A DNA stretch of 64,000 nucleotides from Eledone cirrhosa. Its lineage: Eukaryota. The stretch spans positions 39,308,001 through 39,372,000 of the forward strand of contig OZ024743.1 of the NCBI GenBank assembly GCA_964016885.1, given 5' to 3'. Below are positions 13,753 to 29,515 of this stretch, piece after piece; within the stretch, counting starts at the first letter, position 1, and every line of letters starts with the position of its first letter. A program made the translations under genes and the position numbers. The notes beneath the pieces were generated by a model. It was not told where the DNA came from and ran no database searches. It was given only the letters and a program-made list of their open reading frames with translations.

Positions 13753-14310
13753 GAGTATTACAATAAAAAGAGTTAATACGAATTAATAAGAATTAAAAAA
13801 CTAAAAATTAAAGATTTGAAATTAAGTTTTTTTCATCCTTGTACACAATTTAATTTTCCAGTCTCCTCAACAAGAAAGGTCAGAAAAAGCTTAATTTTAA
13901 ATTTTAAATCTTTAATGTTTAGTTCTAATTCTTATTATTATAAGAAGGTAAGGTTAAAATGGACATCCGTCGTATTCGGTGATTTATTGTTCCATGAACG
14001 GATAATCCTACGCAAAATCAATCCGAGACTGTAACGAATCGTACTCTAGTCAAACACTGGATCGTGTTGAATTGAATAAGTTTGTTCCAAATGCCACGAA
14101 GGATTCTTCCAGCTTTGCCAGTTCGTCGTCAATGGGAGATATGTTTTATTTCGCCGTATCATTGAGTGCAATATTAAAATACATGATGATGACATACTTT
14201 GTACTGCAATAACTATGGGAATGTGTGGGTATGATACTTCAGGCATTATTCCTATGTAATTGCTCGCCTTGTGCCTAAAGTAGAAACAATTATTCCTATA
14301 ATACTGATAT

Positions 14311-14311
<1 letters not shown>

Positions 14312-14370
<59 letters not shown>

Positions 14371-14500
14371 CAGCAGCAATAGCAGCAGCATTAGTAGTAG
14401 TAGTAGTAGTAGTAGGAGGAGGAGGATGGTGAGGAGGAGGAGGAGGAGGAGGGTGATTAGTTGTAGGAGTAGAAGTAGTAGCAGCAGTAGAAGCAGCAGA
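14312..14500. repeat. (AGT)n/(AGC)n/(GGA)n trinucleotide array
   Basis: Direct reading. Confidence 0.95.
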
Positions 14501-14783
14501 AGGGAGACGATAGGACAGGAGGTGACGAGTGAGGGGGGGGGGGGAGTTGGCGGTTGTAACGGCGATAGTCGTACTGTTGGTATTTAATACATTAGACTTT
14601 ATATTCAGATGAAAATCAAATATTTTGGTCGATCAAGTACAAATAAAATTGTTCATATAGAAAACTCATAAATGTTGACAAATTTTCTTTAGAGAATGCG
14701 GTCTATGTATACTGTACGATATTAAGAACATATGTACGGAAAAGAAACACACGGAAACATACATAAACACACCGGCGTGCACG

Positions 14784-14853
<70 letters not shown>

Positions 14854-14916
14854 TAATTTTTTCTGGGTAAGCGTATACATACATAAACTCCACTATTTCT
14901 GGACCCATTTCTCCAT

Positions 14917-14947
<31 letters not shown>

Positions 14948-14955
14948 ACTCTTTA

Positions 14956-14993
<38 letters not shown>

Positions 14994-15203
14994 TCTTTAA
15001 GTCGTTTGGAAGCCTCGACAATGCAAATGGGTAAATCTGAGGGTAACAAGGTCCGGTGGTGGAGAGAGAGATGTAAGTGGGTGTACGTTGAGATGCGTGG
15101 TGTGTATAAGATGTGTGAGATGTGTAGAATGAAGGGAAGAGTATACAGGATAAAATAGAAATAACAACACAAGAGAAAATTACCTTGGGAGAGATTTAAA
15201 AGT

Positions 15204-15239
15204 CCCTATATATTTCGGATTCACATCCATCAACTGGGG
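15204..15239 (-). ncRNA. Degenerate minimal hammerhead
   Basis: Minus strand: CCC-CAGUUGA (2 core mismatches)-u GGAU guga AUCC-GAAA-UAUA-U A-GGG. Confidence 0.4.
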
Positions 15240-15335
15240 TTTTTTCCGGGGTGGGGGAAAATGTTGTCTGTCGGACAAGTCCGGAACGCGTCCTTCGCTG
15301 TTTGTTGTTTTGAAAAATCAATCGACCCTTAACTC

Positions 15336-16110
15336 ATGATAAAATAAAGTTCAAGATACCTATCCTTCAATTTGGAAAAACTTCAAATGCTCTGTATAGT
15401 CGTAAGACTATTTCATGAAAACTTTCAGCGGAGATGGTCACGGTTGGAATTCAACATCAGCTGAGTTCAACTCGATAACCAGGATTCTCGCAGATTAATA
15501 TGCCAAAAAGGGAATTCTAAAGCTGGCCAGTTCAACATCATGCGTGATCACGAAAAACGCACATGAGGAAAAAATGGCTATTGACGTCAGAATGAGACGA
15601 AAGTTTGTTTACAAGAAACAACAGTCAAAAACATTCCGAAAAAAACTCTACAGTAAGGAGTTCAGCAAAATGCAATATTATCGCAGTTTTTTATTAAAAA
15701 AACCGGGATTAGTCACAAATAATTTAAGCATCGAGGAAAAATCCGAGTATAAATATATAAATGAAAGGTATAGAAAACACTGCAGCGAAAAGCGAACACC
15801 ATTCCATAGTATATAAGTGAATATAGCGTCAAAATGGGAAAAATAGTTAACGTAAGATGTGGGAAAAATAATTTAAACTCATCTTAAAGAGAATCAGGAT
15901 ATAAATCCATCCACAGAATTTAGTGAAATCCAGGGAAAAATCAATAGAGCCTTAACACATGATAAAATAAAGTTCAAGATACCTATCCTTCAATTTGGAA
16001 AAAACTTCAAATGCTCTGTATAGTCGTAAGACTATTTCATTAAAACTTTCAGCGGAGATGGTCACGGTTCGAGTTCATCATCAGCAGAGCTCTACTCGAT
16101 AACCAGGATT
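15336..16110. repeat. ~150-bp direct repeats flanking ~470 bp
   Basis: CATGATAAAATAAAGTTCAAGATACC...GATAACCAGGATT at 15336-15487 and 15958-16110. Confidence 0.8.
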
Positions 16111-16488
16111 ATATATAACAAGACATATATATATATATATATTATATAAGGAGGAGGGGGTTATGTGTGATGTTGTGTGTCTATATAGAGTCTTCTGTAT
16201 TTGTTATGACCATCTCTGTGTCACCGCGTGTGCCTTTGTCTATTACGTTGAATTATAATTTAGTATTTTCATTTAGTTATTTTACGAAGGATTTTGTATA
16301 ACATTTATTTCCCCTCTGACAAATAGGAATAAATATTATTCTTCAAATTAATTCCCCAAAATATATGAAATAAAATTCTCTTGGCTTCTTTGTTATATGC
16401 ATATTTTACACTTTTTATATTATTAGTTGTTAATGTATATATTGATTTGCTTATTTCACACCCTTTAAGTTATATATATACTGACATT

Positions 16489-16557
<69 letters not shown>

Positions 16558-16669
16558 CGTAGTAAAGGAATCTAGAAGCAGTTTAGGTATGATACATCTT
16601 ATTACTAATTATATCTAAATGTTTCTTCTCTCTTCATAATATATATATATATATATATATACGTGTGTG

Positions 16670-16733
<64 letters not shown>

Positions 16734-16737
16734 TGTG

Positions 16738-16772
<35 letters not shown>

Positions 16773-17787
16773 GTGTTTGTGTGTGTATAGCATAGATACA
16801 TACTGTGGGATTTGTTGCTATTCTTAGGATTAATGTTTATATTTATTTGCTTGAAACAAAATTTATCCATTTCCAACAATAGAAATTTACCTTCGGAGCA
16901 TACCAATTCAGCTTGATTTGATTGATGAGTCGAACCCTAACAGATTAAAAATCTTCCCTATAATCCATTTTGTTTTCCCCGCATCGCAACTTATTCCTCA
17001 TACACTGGAATTACTATTGCTTTACAAGGATTTATTTAAGTGAAGAATTTGTTTTTCTGGAAACTATCATAAAATTTATCTGTCAAGATGGAAGATAAGA
17101 TTAGTTTTCTGAGTTAATCTTTAATCTTCTGCTTGTGTTTAACTTAGCAATTTTTTCATATATCGCTATGGTTATGCAGTTTTATTATTTGCTTATCGTA
17201 CCATAATTTAGATGCAAAGGAAAAATATTAAATATACACTATAGTATAAAGTGCTGGCAACTATTTACAAATTTCTCAGTGATTCTGAGTATTGTAGATT
17301 TGTATATCGCTTGTCAAGCGTCTTATTTATATTTCTATATTTTATTCTTTAACACTATTATTGGTTTCAATCATGCAACAGCACATATAATGCGGAGTGA
17401 CCTTACAGGTATTTCCTCCATCTTATCAATCGTACTCTGGTATATATTTGGTCTATCATATTGTTTACCCGTAAAAAAGTTCAATGACATGTAGCCGTTG
17501 AACTCGAAGCTTTTGTTAAAACACAGGACGAATGTGCAATGCAGTGAGACTGAACAAGTTTCAATTTTAATGTAGTTCTGCCATTTTCTATACTGTATAA
17601 TAAAACGTCGATAATTATGAATCATATCAACAACACCGTTGTACCTTCATGTGACCAGTCACAATTCGTCATCTTAATTCAGTAAACTGCAGGCTTTAAC
17701 TAATCGTTCTCTTATTTTCCTGTAGCCATTTAGACGTCGGGTGTCCTCCATCACCGAACTGAAGTTTTTCGTCGCCAATTTAAGACG

Positions 17788-17901
17788 ATGGCTTCAAGGT
17801 TGAGCAAGAGAACCAAAGCCCTTAAATGTCTCATGCAGCATGTATTGTTAGTCATTGCACTTACCATTTTGTACACGAAATGCAAGTGGGATTCCATGCT
17901 G
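17788..17901 (+). CDS. Candidate first coding exon (basic N-terminus + hydrophobic signal/anchor-like stretch)
   Basis: Acceptor TTTTCCTGTAG at ~17725, ACGATGG start context, MASRLSKRTKALKCLMQHVLLVIALTILYTKCKWDSML, then a G|GTAAGT donor in phase 0. No downstream exon identified. Confidence 0.3.
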
Positions 17902-19529
17902 GTAAGTGCGTGCAGTTTGACCCGTCCACATTTCTCCACTAGCTTTATTGAATTTTCTTCATAATTTTCTTTTAAATTTTTATGTTTTATTTAATCTCTT
18001 ATTTTTTGTCATTATAATATTGTATGTTTTAATAATGAAAACATTAATAAATATATAACCTGGATTCCACTATTAGTTTCTCTCAATTTTACATGAAACA
18101 CTGGTGTAGAAATTTCAAACTATCCTTTTCAACCGAATAAGAGGTAGAAATCAGAAGGAAAATTCTACGAATACCACGAAATGGTGACCGTTCGTCAAAG
18201 AGACACGATACGCCGTCTGTTTTTTTCCCACGGATCTAACAAGAAAATGAAGAGAAATTTATCAGTTCGGACTGAGGAAAGAATGTTTACATTGGAAGTT
18301 CCATTTCGGATAATATCTACTTGTAAGCAGTCACGGAGGAATGTCACAAATATTAATCTCAGAAAGTACAAATTCGGACCTATACATTCTCTATGCAAAT
18401 ATAAGCGTATTTTGATATTTTACATTTACTGCATTGTCTAGGAATATGTCAGTAGCATCAGAGGTAAGAAATGTATGACAAATAGGTATTTATCCCAATT
18501 AGAAGCACTCCAATATAACAAGCTCTACTCATTTTGAACATGTATGCATTGAGTTTAATTTAAACATCTGTTTAATTATTCTGGTTTAAATAATTCTGCA
18601 ATATTTTCGCTTGTTTGGGCTCTGAATATATTTTCGGGGTTGATAAAAAATTTACATCCCGGGACAATTGGATTAATAGACGTGTTAACAAAATAGTAAC
18701 TACTCTGGATTTGTGCAATATGTGTTCAAATACGCTACCTGAGTTGCGAACGGCAGATATTATCAGTAATGGAATTGCTAATAGAAACATTGTTTTCTCT
18801 ATTAGTCCATCCTGAAGTTCGGTTCCTTTCATTTTTTATATTTTTTTTTTATTTTCTTAATATTAAAGAAAAAAATGTTTAAATATTATAGCACCATTTA
18901 GCAGTTTGAAACATTTTTAATGTATTTCAGTTTTAATAATTCCTTGTGATCACTCACGAAGCTAATTGATCAGCTAATATTTAACTAATCTCCCATAGAG
19001 TAATAAAATTCTGCACAACACATGCTGTTCCTTCTCCCCTGATGTATGATGTAGACTGACAGACGACAAAATAAAACATTATCGAATTGGTGCATCGTTG
19101 ATTATGTTTCCCCTCGAACATTATTATATTTCAGAAAAAAATCAAGCAAAATAGTAATATTCTTTCCAATATATTTAAAACATATTTTAATAATGACAGT
19201 GAAATGTGTTGTGTGATTATTATTTTTAAGATGAACCGAATTAAATTTTTAATTAATTTTCTAAAAAGAGATCTATCAATTAAGCTAATAAAATGGTTAC
19301 TTTAAAGAAGGCTACATTCTTTGATCTGCCTAAACAGATTAAGTGATTATTATATCGAGACGACCTTACGCCGACATTTTTATTGACCTATAGCACGTTG
19401 TTCAAGAATGGTAAAAATAATTCCTGAAGTATTCAATTATCTTGATGTTCGCTCGAATTTTAACAAATTTTTCATCTTTTATTTCTTCTCTGCTGTCATT
19501 CTAACGGCTTCATATTATTTCTCATATCA

Positions 19530-19630
19530 CGCCGAGGTTAACTTTGCCTTTCATCCTTACGGGGTCAATAAAATAAAGTACCAGTAATATACTGGATAAT
19601 TGCTGGCCTTGTGCCAAAAGTAGAAACATT
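19530..19630 (+). mobile_element. 5'-truncated SINE copy
   Basis: CGCCGAGGTTAACTTTGCCTTTCATCCTTACGGGG...GTAGAAACA. Confidence 0.8.
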
Positions 19631-21399
19631 AATTCTCATGTTATATTCATATAGTTTAGTGCGTTACTCTATCGGTATGGGCCGGGCCCATTGCTACATC
19701 CCTGGATATCAACATACTGGATATTTCAATTAAAGAGCTACTATTAACTATTTGACAGAAAGCCTACAAAGATGGACGTTTTAATAAATATGAGATAGCT
19801 TAAATTTGACAATGTGAAAAATAAAAATATGGATGTTGTAGATTTCGAATCACCCTGATGGTACCTTGTATGTCATATATTTAGCGTTGACATTAAACGT
19901 GCTGCTCGACTATAGATTATACAAACCGATACTTGCAGTCAATTTCATCGAGTATACAACGCCATATCTCTTCATTTGTATTAATCTTTCAACGATCAAT
20001 AAAGCAAATAGGAAATATGATAGAGTTGAAGCAATTTTACTCTACCCAGAATCCATATTCTTGAGTTGATCTTAAAACTTCTAATCCTATATCCTATCCT
20101 AAATCTTCAAAATAATCCAACCTTAAAATTAACCCTAACCGAAATCTTAAACACAAAAGTATCTTAATCCTTTTTAAACCTAGAATTATTGTTAACCCAC
20201 ACTATAAATACACACTTAACCAGAAAAACATCATAACACTAACCTTAACTGTAAACCTCAAAACAAAACCAATTACAAATTCTGCCCTTGGAATTAAACT
20301 TTGAACTGTGACGGTAAATGATGTATATAATATATTACGAATGACAATATTAAAATGTAGCTGTACTATGTTCAACCTTTAGACAAATTTACAATAACAA
20401 ATTAACTATGTGATTGAAATATGTACTTAGATCGATACATCTACTTACAGCTAATGGCAGTGATCCACCAATCCACATTAAAACCGATAAATTAAAGGTA
20501 GTATTAATTTCTGATATATTTGGGGACGTCAAATTCAATGAAGTTAAAGGGGGTTTGTATTTCATTCCATTTCCAGTAACTATGCTTTTGTCTGATTGAT
20601 GCCTTTAAAGATGTGCAATTTGAAAAGACATTGTGATATAAGTATGAAATATACATTGACATTATACATATTTTTAACTCTACGTAAATGACATTTTATT
20701 ATTTGCTATCCTATTATACCCAAAATATATTTCTTTGCATTTCTGATAAGAGTGAATTCTACTTTAATGAAATTATATTGGTTAACTTCTCATCTCAACA
20801 TTCACATGCAAAATTTATATGATATTTCATAGCCACATATTTTACAATTAATAGCAAAATCACCAATTACATGTGTTACTTTGTATAGTTTTATCAAAGA
20901 CGAAATTATTTGCTTAAATTAAACCGTGCATAACTGTTGTGGTTTTGTCTCTTTTCCGTTCTTTATGACGAAATACGCTAAAATAAATACTAATTGTACT
21001 AAATGATTCTCTTAATTCTTAAGTGGTGGTAAATGCCTGATAATGATGACAAGCTGTGTTCTATTGCTGGAATTATATCAATCGATTTTTAAGGGGAGAC
21101 CAATCATTTACAGTAAAAGATCTCATGGAAAACTAGTTTTAGCTATCAAAATATAAGACACAAAATTATCGTTAAAATATTTGAAAAAGCTTACAATAAC
21201 GGTGTTTTTTTTTCTTTATGAGACATTACCTTCTAGTCAACATCTAAACGAAAACAACTTGCTTGATTAGCTGGAGCAAGGCAACACACGACAAATACTT
21301 GCACAGTGATGCTGCATAGTCTACTAGGATTACAATTACTTCTCGTAATTAGCTTCGGTGGCCGTACGAAGAAGGGGATACTTAACCCGTTCTTTCCCT

Positions 21400-22200
21400 T
21401 TCTGTGTCAGCAACTCCACAATTTGAACAATTCCGTGTTATAGCCCGGACAAGCGATCCCCACATGTCACACTGTCAATTAATGCTAGCATTATGAGTTG
21501 GTAGACGTGATGTATGAGGAAGGGGTATTAAAGAATATGGCCGTCCTTAGTAAATGCCATTCCTTATTTACAACCGAGAATCTCTACCACACAGGTCATA
21601 GGGATTACACTCTCTGCTATTGGACATTGGATGAAAATCAGCCTAGCGTGACAGTAGGAATTAAGAGTGCTGGATCGTTATAAAGGACAGACCTAAGTAA
21701 ATAGTATAACATAATAAACAAACGAATTCCTTTGTTATATTCTCTCTATTTCACTTAACTTATTTAACGTAAATTTAGCACATAATGTTTATATGGCTTG
21801 TAAATTTTATAATTTTTATACTTATGTTTTAATCTTATAATTCTCACAAGTCTTGCGACCTGATAACCTTTATAGTTTTTATATTTGTTATAACTATTTA
21901 TGACTCTTATTCTTTTATTTTTATTTTATTGATTCTTTTTTTATTTAATACGATTTGCATCTCTGTAACTATTTAACACTATATCTCTCTACCGTCACGC
22001 TAGGCTGGTTTTCGGCCAATGTCCAATAGCACAGCTTTTAATACCCCACGAATTTCTAAGTACGGCAGTATCCCTGTCGCCACTTAACAGACACGAGGTC
22101 CCCAATCACGTACCAGCTCACATTATGATTGTGCGACTTTCGGGGATCGTCTGCCATAGCTATAACATTGAATTGGCAGGTTGTCGATTGGTCCTCTATT
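21400..22200. mobile_element. Old fold-back/MITE-like element with ~250-300-bp diverged inverted arms and AT-rich centre
   Basis: TGCTATTGGACATTGG..CAGCCTAGCGTGAC (21615-21655) mirrored at 21992-22032; GTTATAGC..CGATCCCC mirrored at 22142-22167. Confidence 0.6.
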
Positions 22201-22413
22201 TTCTATTTTTTACCTTCGATTTTTTTTCTACCCTCTGTTGTGTTTGACGTAATCATGTTGTCTTATGAAATTAATTCTGCAATTAACACCTGATGAAATC
22301 GTCTAAGTCTTGGATCATGACCAGATTATGATGCTGGGCCACGAGAATATGCTTTCGTGGAATTAATATTATGAAGTAAATTTTCAGTTCGGTCTTCTGT
22401 TGCTTTTGTAATG

Positions 22414-22629
<216 letters not shown>

Positions 22630-22682
22630 TGCGTGTGTGTTCGTGTGTGTGTGTGTATGTTTATATATATATATACATATAT

Positions 22683-22826
22683 AACGAAGGTAGTGTGGTT
22701 AGGAACCATATCGACCATAACGCACCAGAGTACTCAATACTTAGGGTAGTAGAGTGGGTAATAGGAAAAGAGCCAGGACCCCGTTGAAATGGCTTGAGCT
22801 CTGCCGTCGGGGTCCTGATTATTTTC
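22683..22826. mobile_element. Family F terminal fragment with inversion
   Basis: AACGAAGG...GGAACC...TACTCAATACTT homology to 35874 and 50759. Confidence 0.7.
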
Positions 22827-24035
22827 CTATATACGTATATATATATTTATATATATATAGTGGTAGAACACTGGAAGGTTCTATATATATATATATATAT
22901 AAATATATATCTTTCTTCACTTCCTGGGTCTGTTAGTCTATCCCTCTCTCAAAGTGTAATGAATGGAGTGTCGACACATTTATCTTTATGATGTGCAATT
23001 TGAATATCATTCGAAATAATCATACCGGACTCAGCGTTTCTGCACAGATGTAGATAGTACTTTTGATAAACTACGCCACGAAACAATATCCACTAAACTT
23101 TTATAATCTTGCATGCTCGGCTGAAAAGTTCATACGCTGACAATCAAGGATTAATGCTACAACTGTGAAATCTTCCATGCATTAATTTCAAATCTTCATA
23201 CCAATAATTGTATTGTTTCATTCCAGAGACTATGTCGAATGATTAACTTGTTTTAATTATTACACGTGAGTATCTTTGTTAGCCTATGAACTTTTCAGTC
23301 TATGAAATATCTGATCTGTTTCAACGGAGAATTTTCTATATGGCATTTGATCCTCTCATTATGTTCGAATTTCCTTGCAATCAGCCTCAGCTTTGAGCCT
23401 TATGATTCTAATAAACAATACACTTGACATTCTTGTCTGATTATAATTATTTTGTTTTCTCTTAAATATATGGTATTGAGGAATTCTAAGGAATCATTTT
23501 TCTTCATATATTAAGCGATATTTCGAATTTCATGCACAAAGATTTTGAATGAAACCCTAAGAAAGATTGGAACGCTTATACATGTGATGAACACATAAAT
23601 AGATGTTCCTTATCTCCAGTAATATCAATTTTGTGGTTAAATGTATAATGTCGATATTCATGAAACGTTGCGAAAATTACTTAAAAGTGACCATACTTTT
23701 TCAGATTTTAGTCCAAGTTTTAGTATATATAGTTGATAGAATTATAATAATGTATATTATTTATGATGCAAAATGTACGAATGCAACTGAACGTCGACGT
23801 CATGTTCATTGAGAAGAGTATTACGAGCGTCAGAAGTTGATAAATCATATTCGAATTTGAATGCATATCACAGCTTTAGTATCATATTAAAGATTAGCAA
23901 TTACTGCATTACGTTTCAGCATAGATTCCTGGGCTCTATGTTTTTTAAATGCATGTATATATGGACGCGCACGCACACGGTCATATACATACACACACTC
24001 AGATACACACACCCATATATAAATATGTATATACA

Positions 24036-24085
<50 letters not shown>

Positions 24086-24095
24086 TGTAAATATA

Positions 24096-24339
<244 letters not shown>

Positions 24340-24895
24340 CATATATATATGTATATATATATTCACTTATACATATATATGCATATATATATATATGTGT
24401 GTGTCTGTGTGTATATGTATGTATGTATATATAATATGCATGTATATGTATAACAGAAAGGGCTTTTGAAAGGTTGAAAGATAAAAGTTGACATTTTATG
24501 TGAAACTGTATGTGAGGGGAGAGAATATATATTTCCATAACAATAAGTTATGGAAGTCTTTTGATCTAATGTCTATGAATGCATATTGTATTTTTTTCCT
24601 TTATAAAAGAATGTCAAAAGAAGCGCTGATGAATTCATTTGTTATCACTGCATGATGGTCGCCCATTCATTTGATATTCTAAGCCGCTGAGCGAAAAAAG
24701 AATGTTAAGTTACAAAACATAACTAAATATAAGTTTCATTGGTAAACCAACTTTGATCTCATCTAACCAATATCATTTCTATTGGGGTGCAGGTAAAATG
24801 CTTTATGTTTTTATTTGGAATAATTACACAGGCATATACAGATATTTGAGTTATATATAAATATGTTTGTATGTATGTATGAATATATATATATT

Positions 24896-24954
<59 letters not shown>

Positions 24955-24998
24955 TTACCTACACATGTATAAATATACATAAATAAATTTTATATATT

Positions 24999-25029
<31 letters not shown>

Positions 25030-25032
25030 GTA

Positions 25033-25080
<48 letters not shown>

Positions 25081-25242
25081 GGTGTCTATGTAGATGAAGA
25101 GTTGAACAACTATATGAGGATATATGAAATTGTAGCATTATACGTAGGTGCACAATTCGCCACATGGTTGCATATCTGGTATGGATGCATGACATTGCAT
25201 AATCCTGCATTGCATGTACATAGCATCGCAACGTTTAATGTA

Positions 25243-25318
<76 letters not shown>

Positions 25319-25350
25319 TTATATATATATATATTATATATATATATACA

Positions 25351-25479
<129 letters not shown>

Positions 25480-25766
25480 GTATGTGTATATGCATTATAT
25501 TTAATTTCATCACTATACGTGTGTACAGCAAGAAGAAACACCAAGCTTCTAGCAGATATCAAAAGATCTTGCTGCAATAAATCATTTAGACTTCAGAAAT
25601 ATTTCTTTGCAATGAATACTAAACTAACTGTGCATTAAATATACTAATAGATTTAAGTTAGCATACCTGACTGTGTATAAAATAGGTTGCAATCTGAATA
25701 TGCCATTAACAGCTACGTTCATTCTAATGTGATTGCTCCCATCCCACATGTTCCGTATGATATTAC

Positions 25767-25889
25767 ACGGAAGGTTGTCAGATTATTCCACAAGTGAGTG
25801 GTGTGAGTGGTTTGCTCGTCATCGTGGAGTCTATGTAAATATATTTTAATAGTTGACACGGCCACATGCCGTTATATTACTATATAGGC

Positions 25890-25927
<38 letters not shown>

Positions 25928-26044
25928 GCATATATAGATATATAACGACATGTGTCAACTATAAAAATATATTTACATAGACTCCACGATGACGAGCATA
26001 CCACTCAAACCACTCACTTGTGGAATAATCAGACAACATTCCGT
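25767..26044. repeat. ~125-bp inverted repeat around a (TA)n tract
   Basis: 25767-25893 mirrored at 25925-26044. Confidence 0.8.
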
Positions 26045-26068
26045 AAAATATTATATATATATATATGC

Positions 26069-26110
<42 letters not shown>

Positions 26111-26116
<6 letters not shown>

Positions 26117-26564
26117 TTGGTGCTCTGAAATGCTGATGTATATATGAAAGTATATATAGTATATTTTGCAATACACTGTATGCTTAATTAAATTCATTTT
26201 GATAACCTTACGCTATTGTTTTAAAGTAGTGACTATGTCATTTACTTCTTTTTTCAGGTCTTCAACATGCTTTTAATTAAGCTTACAGTGTATTGCAAAA
26301 TACACTATATATACATTCATATATATATATCGCTATTTCAGAGCACCATGTCTAATTTTCAATTTTTGCTGGACCGGCAAACGCTCTGTATAATCAGTTC
26401 CTGATTATTACTGGAATTATTACGAAACAGAGATCTGTCAACTTATCTCCTTTTGTTACCTGAAAAATGAAGTAAGTGACATAGTCACTACTTTGAAACA
26501 ATAGCGTAAGGTCTTCAAATTGCTTTTTAATTAAGCATATATTGCAAAATACTCTATATATACA

Positions 26565-26570
<6 letters not shown>
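26111..26570. mobile_element. Short non-coding repeat (family K) in inverted + tandem arrangement, with degenerate HHR-like motif at ~26456-26508
   Basis: Homologous to 39565-39880. CUGAAAA/CUGAAGA - AGUGAC..GUCACU stem - GAAA. Confidence 0.5.
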
Positions 26571-26637
<67 letters not shown>

Positions 26638-26654
26638 ATAAATATATATCTATA

Positions 26655-26740
<86 letters not shown>

Positions 26741-26992
26741 GCGATAGAGAATGTGTTATGTTAATAATAACAATAACAATAACGATGGTGATAATGATAA
26801 CATATATTCTACATTTGACACAAATTTTAAGCGAATACGAAAGTCGATTCATTCATCGACTCATAAAGGATGAAATGCAAATGTTGATTTGTCGAGATTT
26901 CAATTAGACTTCTTCATCAATGGTACCTAGCATTAAACAAGGAGTTAAAGAGCAGGCACATTATTGTTGTTCTTGAAACGTTAGTTAAATAT

Positions 26993-27250
26993 TTGTTTCT
27001 ACTTTTGTCACAAGACCAGCAATTATCCAGTACATTACTGGTACATTATTTTGTCGACCCCGTAAGGATGAAAGGCAAAGTTAACCTCGGCGGGATTTGA
27101 TTTCAGACCATAAAGGGCCGTAACACTTTGCTGCAAAGCATCGTGTCCGACTTTCTACCGATACTGCCAAGGGCGGTGGATTGGCAGTACCTGTAGAGGG
27201 TCGGACGCCTTGATTAACAGCTGACTTGTGCCAAAAGTAGAAACAATTAT
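26993..27250. mobile_element. SINE copy (minus, 26993-27170) joined head-to-head to an internally deleted plus copy (27171-27250)
   Basis: Homology to 1842-2029 in both orientations. Confidence 0.8.
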
Positions 27251-28779
27251 TTAAATAATTATTCGTTGGCCAGCCGGACTGATACCCTATCGATAAGTAA
27301 ATACGGGAGTTATGTTCTGACTCATAATTGTATTAGGCTTGTGATATGCGTAGTAAAGTCCGGCATCTAATTTTAACATCATCCCAAGAATGTGTTCTAT
27401 CCTCGTCATCAGTACTATGGATTTATCTATACCCAAGTTTCTTGTCATGTGTTGGCAGCAACTATATCCCTACGATGTCCGTAGTCAGTGCAAATTCACT
27501 AGATCCCATTGTAATCTCCAAACATTCATATCTGCATCATCTTTTCTACCAATTATTTATTATTTTAACATCATACCGAGAGCTGTTGCACGCTTGAAGG
27601 AACATACTACAACCGCCATACAACTGTATCAAACTAAAACTGAACAATTATCTGGCGTTGGGGTGGGTTTTGAGACATAACTTTTGCCTAACCATTATGC
27701 GTGACATTAGTTAGTATAATATGTAAAACAGAGCAGGTGCCTGTATACGGTGCCGTCGATCGTACATTAGATGTATAACACGCATCATCAGTAACTACCA
27801 TCCCATTTATACAGGATTACATTTTTAACGCAAAGTTAAAACTAACAAGTTGAAAACAACAATAATTAATATCTAATGATTCCATTATTAACTAATTATT
27901 ATTTCACGCACCTACTACAATAAGTAATGCAAGGAGAATGGAAATTGTGTAAAGATAGCTTTGAAAGTGAAGATATATTACAAGACAGGTTGTTTGTAGC
28001 AAGCTGTTAGATACATAGCTAGCGGAAGTGCCGTGAATTAATGTACTTTGAAATTGAGTATAAGCTAATTATTCACCTTCACTGAATGTATTTGTTTGTT
28101 TTGTTAATTAGCTATTTAATGAGATCATTAATCATGTTGTCAATGTAAGAATTACTTGGCTGTGAGAAATGTTTCAGAAGGTGCGAAGCGATAAATATTT
28201 CAGGTACCAATACATTATATATTTGATGAAAATGGACGAAAGCTGTCACATTGTATATTACATGACGTTTATTTCTTAAATGATGTGGAATATATTCAGT
28301 AAATACTTGTGTATGATAATATATAACGAAATATAATATCAACATATTCCAGACGAGTACATGATATCATGGAAATTACACACGTATCAATAAATAATCC
28401 AATATGTAGGGTGTTACAAAATTAATTACACAGTTTTATATAAACATATATATACAATTATCTAGTGACGTGTTAGACAGCCTGTATATGCATATATATA
28501 TATATACGTGTGTGTGTGTGTGTTTGTGTGTGCTTCTGCGTAGGTGTGTGTATGTGTGCGGGCGCGTGTGTGTATGCATCTATAATATGGTGACTGAAGC
28601 ATTGGCATGCCCGAATCAGATGATCGCTATGAAGACTGGACATTGTGCAGGTAATGGTGGATTTGAGATATACTGTAGAGTTGTGAGGGTGATGATTGAC
28701 ATATCTTTCAACTACGCCCTATAAATAATAGTACATGAGGTTCAGGTCTAGTGAACTAGAAATCCATGTATCTAAAGAA

Positions 28780-29460
28780 TGTTGTCATGGAGATTGGCAC
28801 GCGTCCTCGCTTTATGAAAGTGGACAAGGTGTCTTGTTCGAAGATGTGCCTTATTTTGTCGCTTAACATGTCTGTCGAGTGCTTCACAAATCTCTCCAGC
28901 TCCTTTTTTTAGAGAACAGCTTTGATGATATGGGAAAAAGTCCGGAGGCATCATATCTCTATTGTTGCTGACGAGATGAGAAGTAGCATAGCCGCTGGGA
29001 ATTTGGTGTGCATGACCATTAGAACCTCAATTGGTCTCATAACCATCTATCTTACCTTAAGTTTATATTTTGGTTCCGATCAAAGATTGTTCACCAGAAA
29101 AAAACCGAAGCATTCACGTTCCTTGATGTTTTATCTCATTCAGTTAGCACTTTTCACGGCTCATATTATTTTCCTGTGTATCGGATGTCTTCTTTTGATT
29201 GTGCATTCTGAAACCGTAATGTTCTTTGCGATGGCTCTGATTGACTTTCTAGGGATTCATCAATTAATAGTTTAACCGTTTTTACAAACTTAGTCATTGT
29301 GAATATATTGCGACCTTGCGCATGTGTTTTGAGCTTCGCTGATGATGTTGGATTCGCATGGACAACTTCCAGATGCTTTATAATTTCTATGCAGAAGGAT
29401 CGGGTGATCAGAAAGCTATCGCTGTATCACTATACGGTGCTTTTAAGGCAACGATACAGT
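28780..29460 (-). pseudogene. Highly decayed Tc1-like transposase remnant
   Basis: Scattered motifs ITVSECTIKRR (HTH-like), VFFSGE (cf. FSDE) and PDFFP (cf. PDLNP) in the expected order, broken by stops and frameshifts. Confidence 0.35.
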
Positions 29461-29515
29461 GTGCCTTTTCATTTGAGGAGTCAATTTAATTATAGACACA
29501 CATATATATATATAT

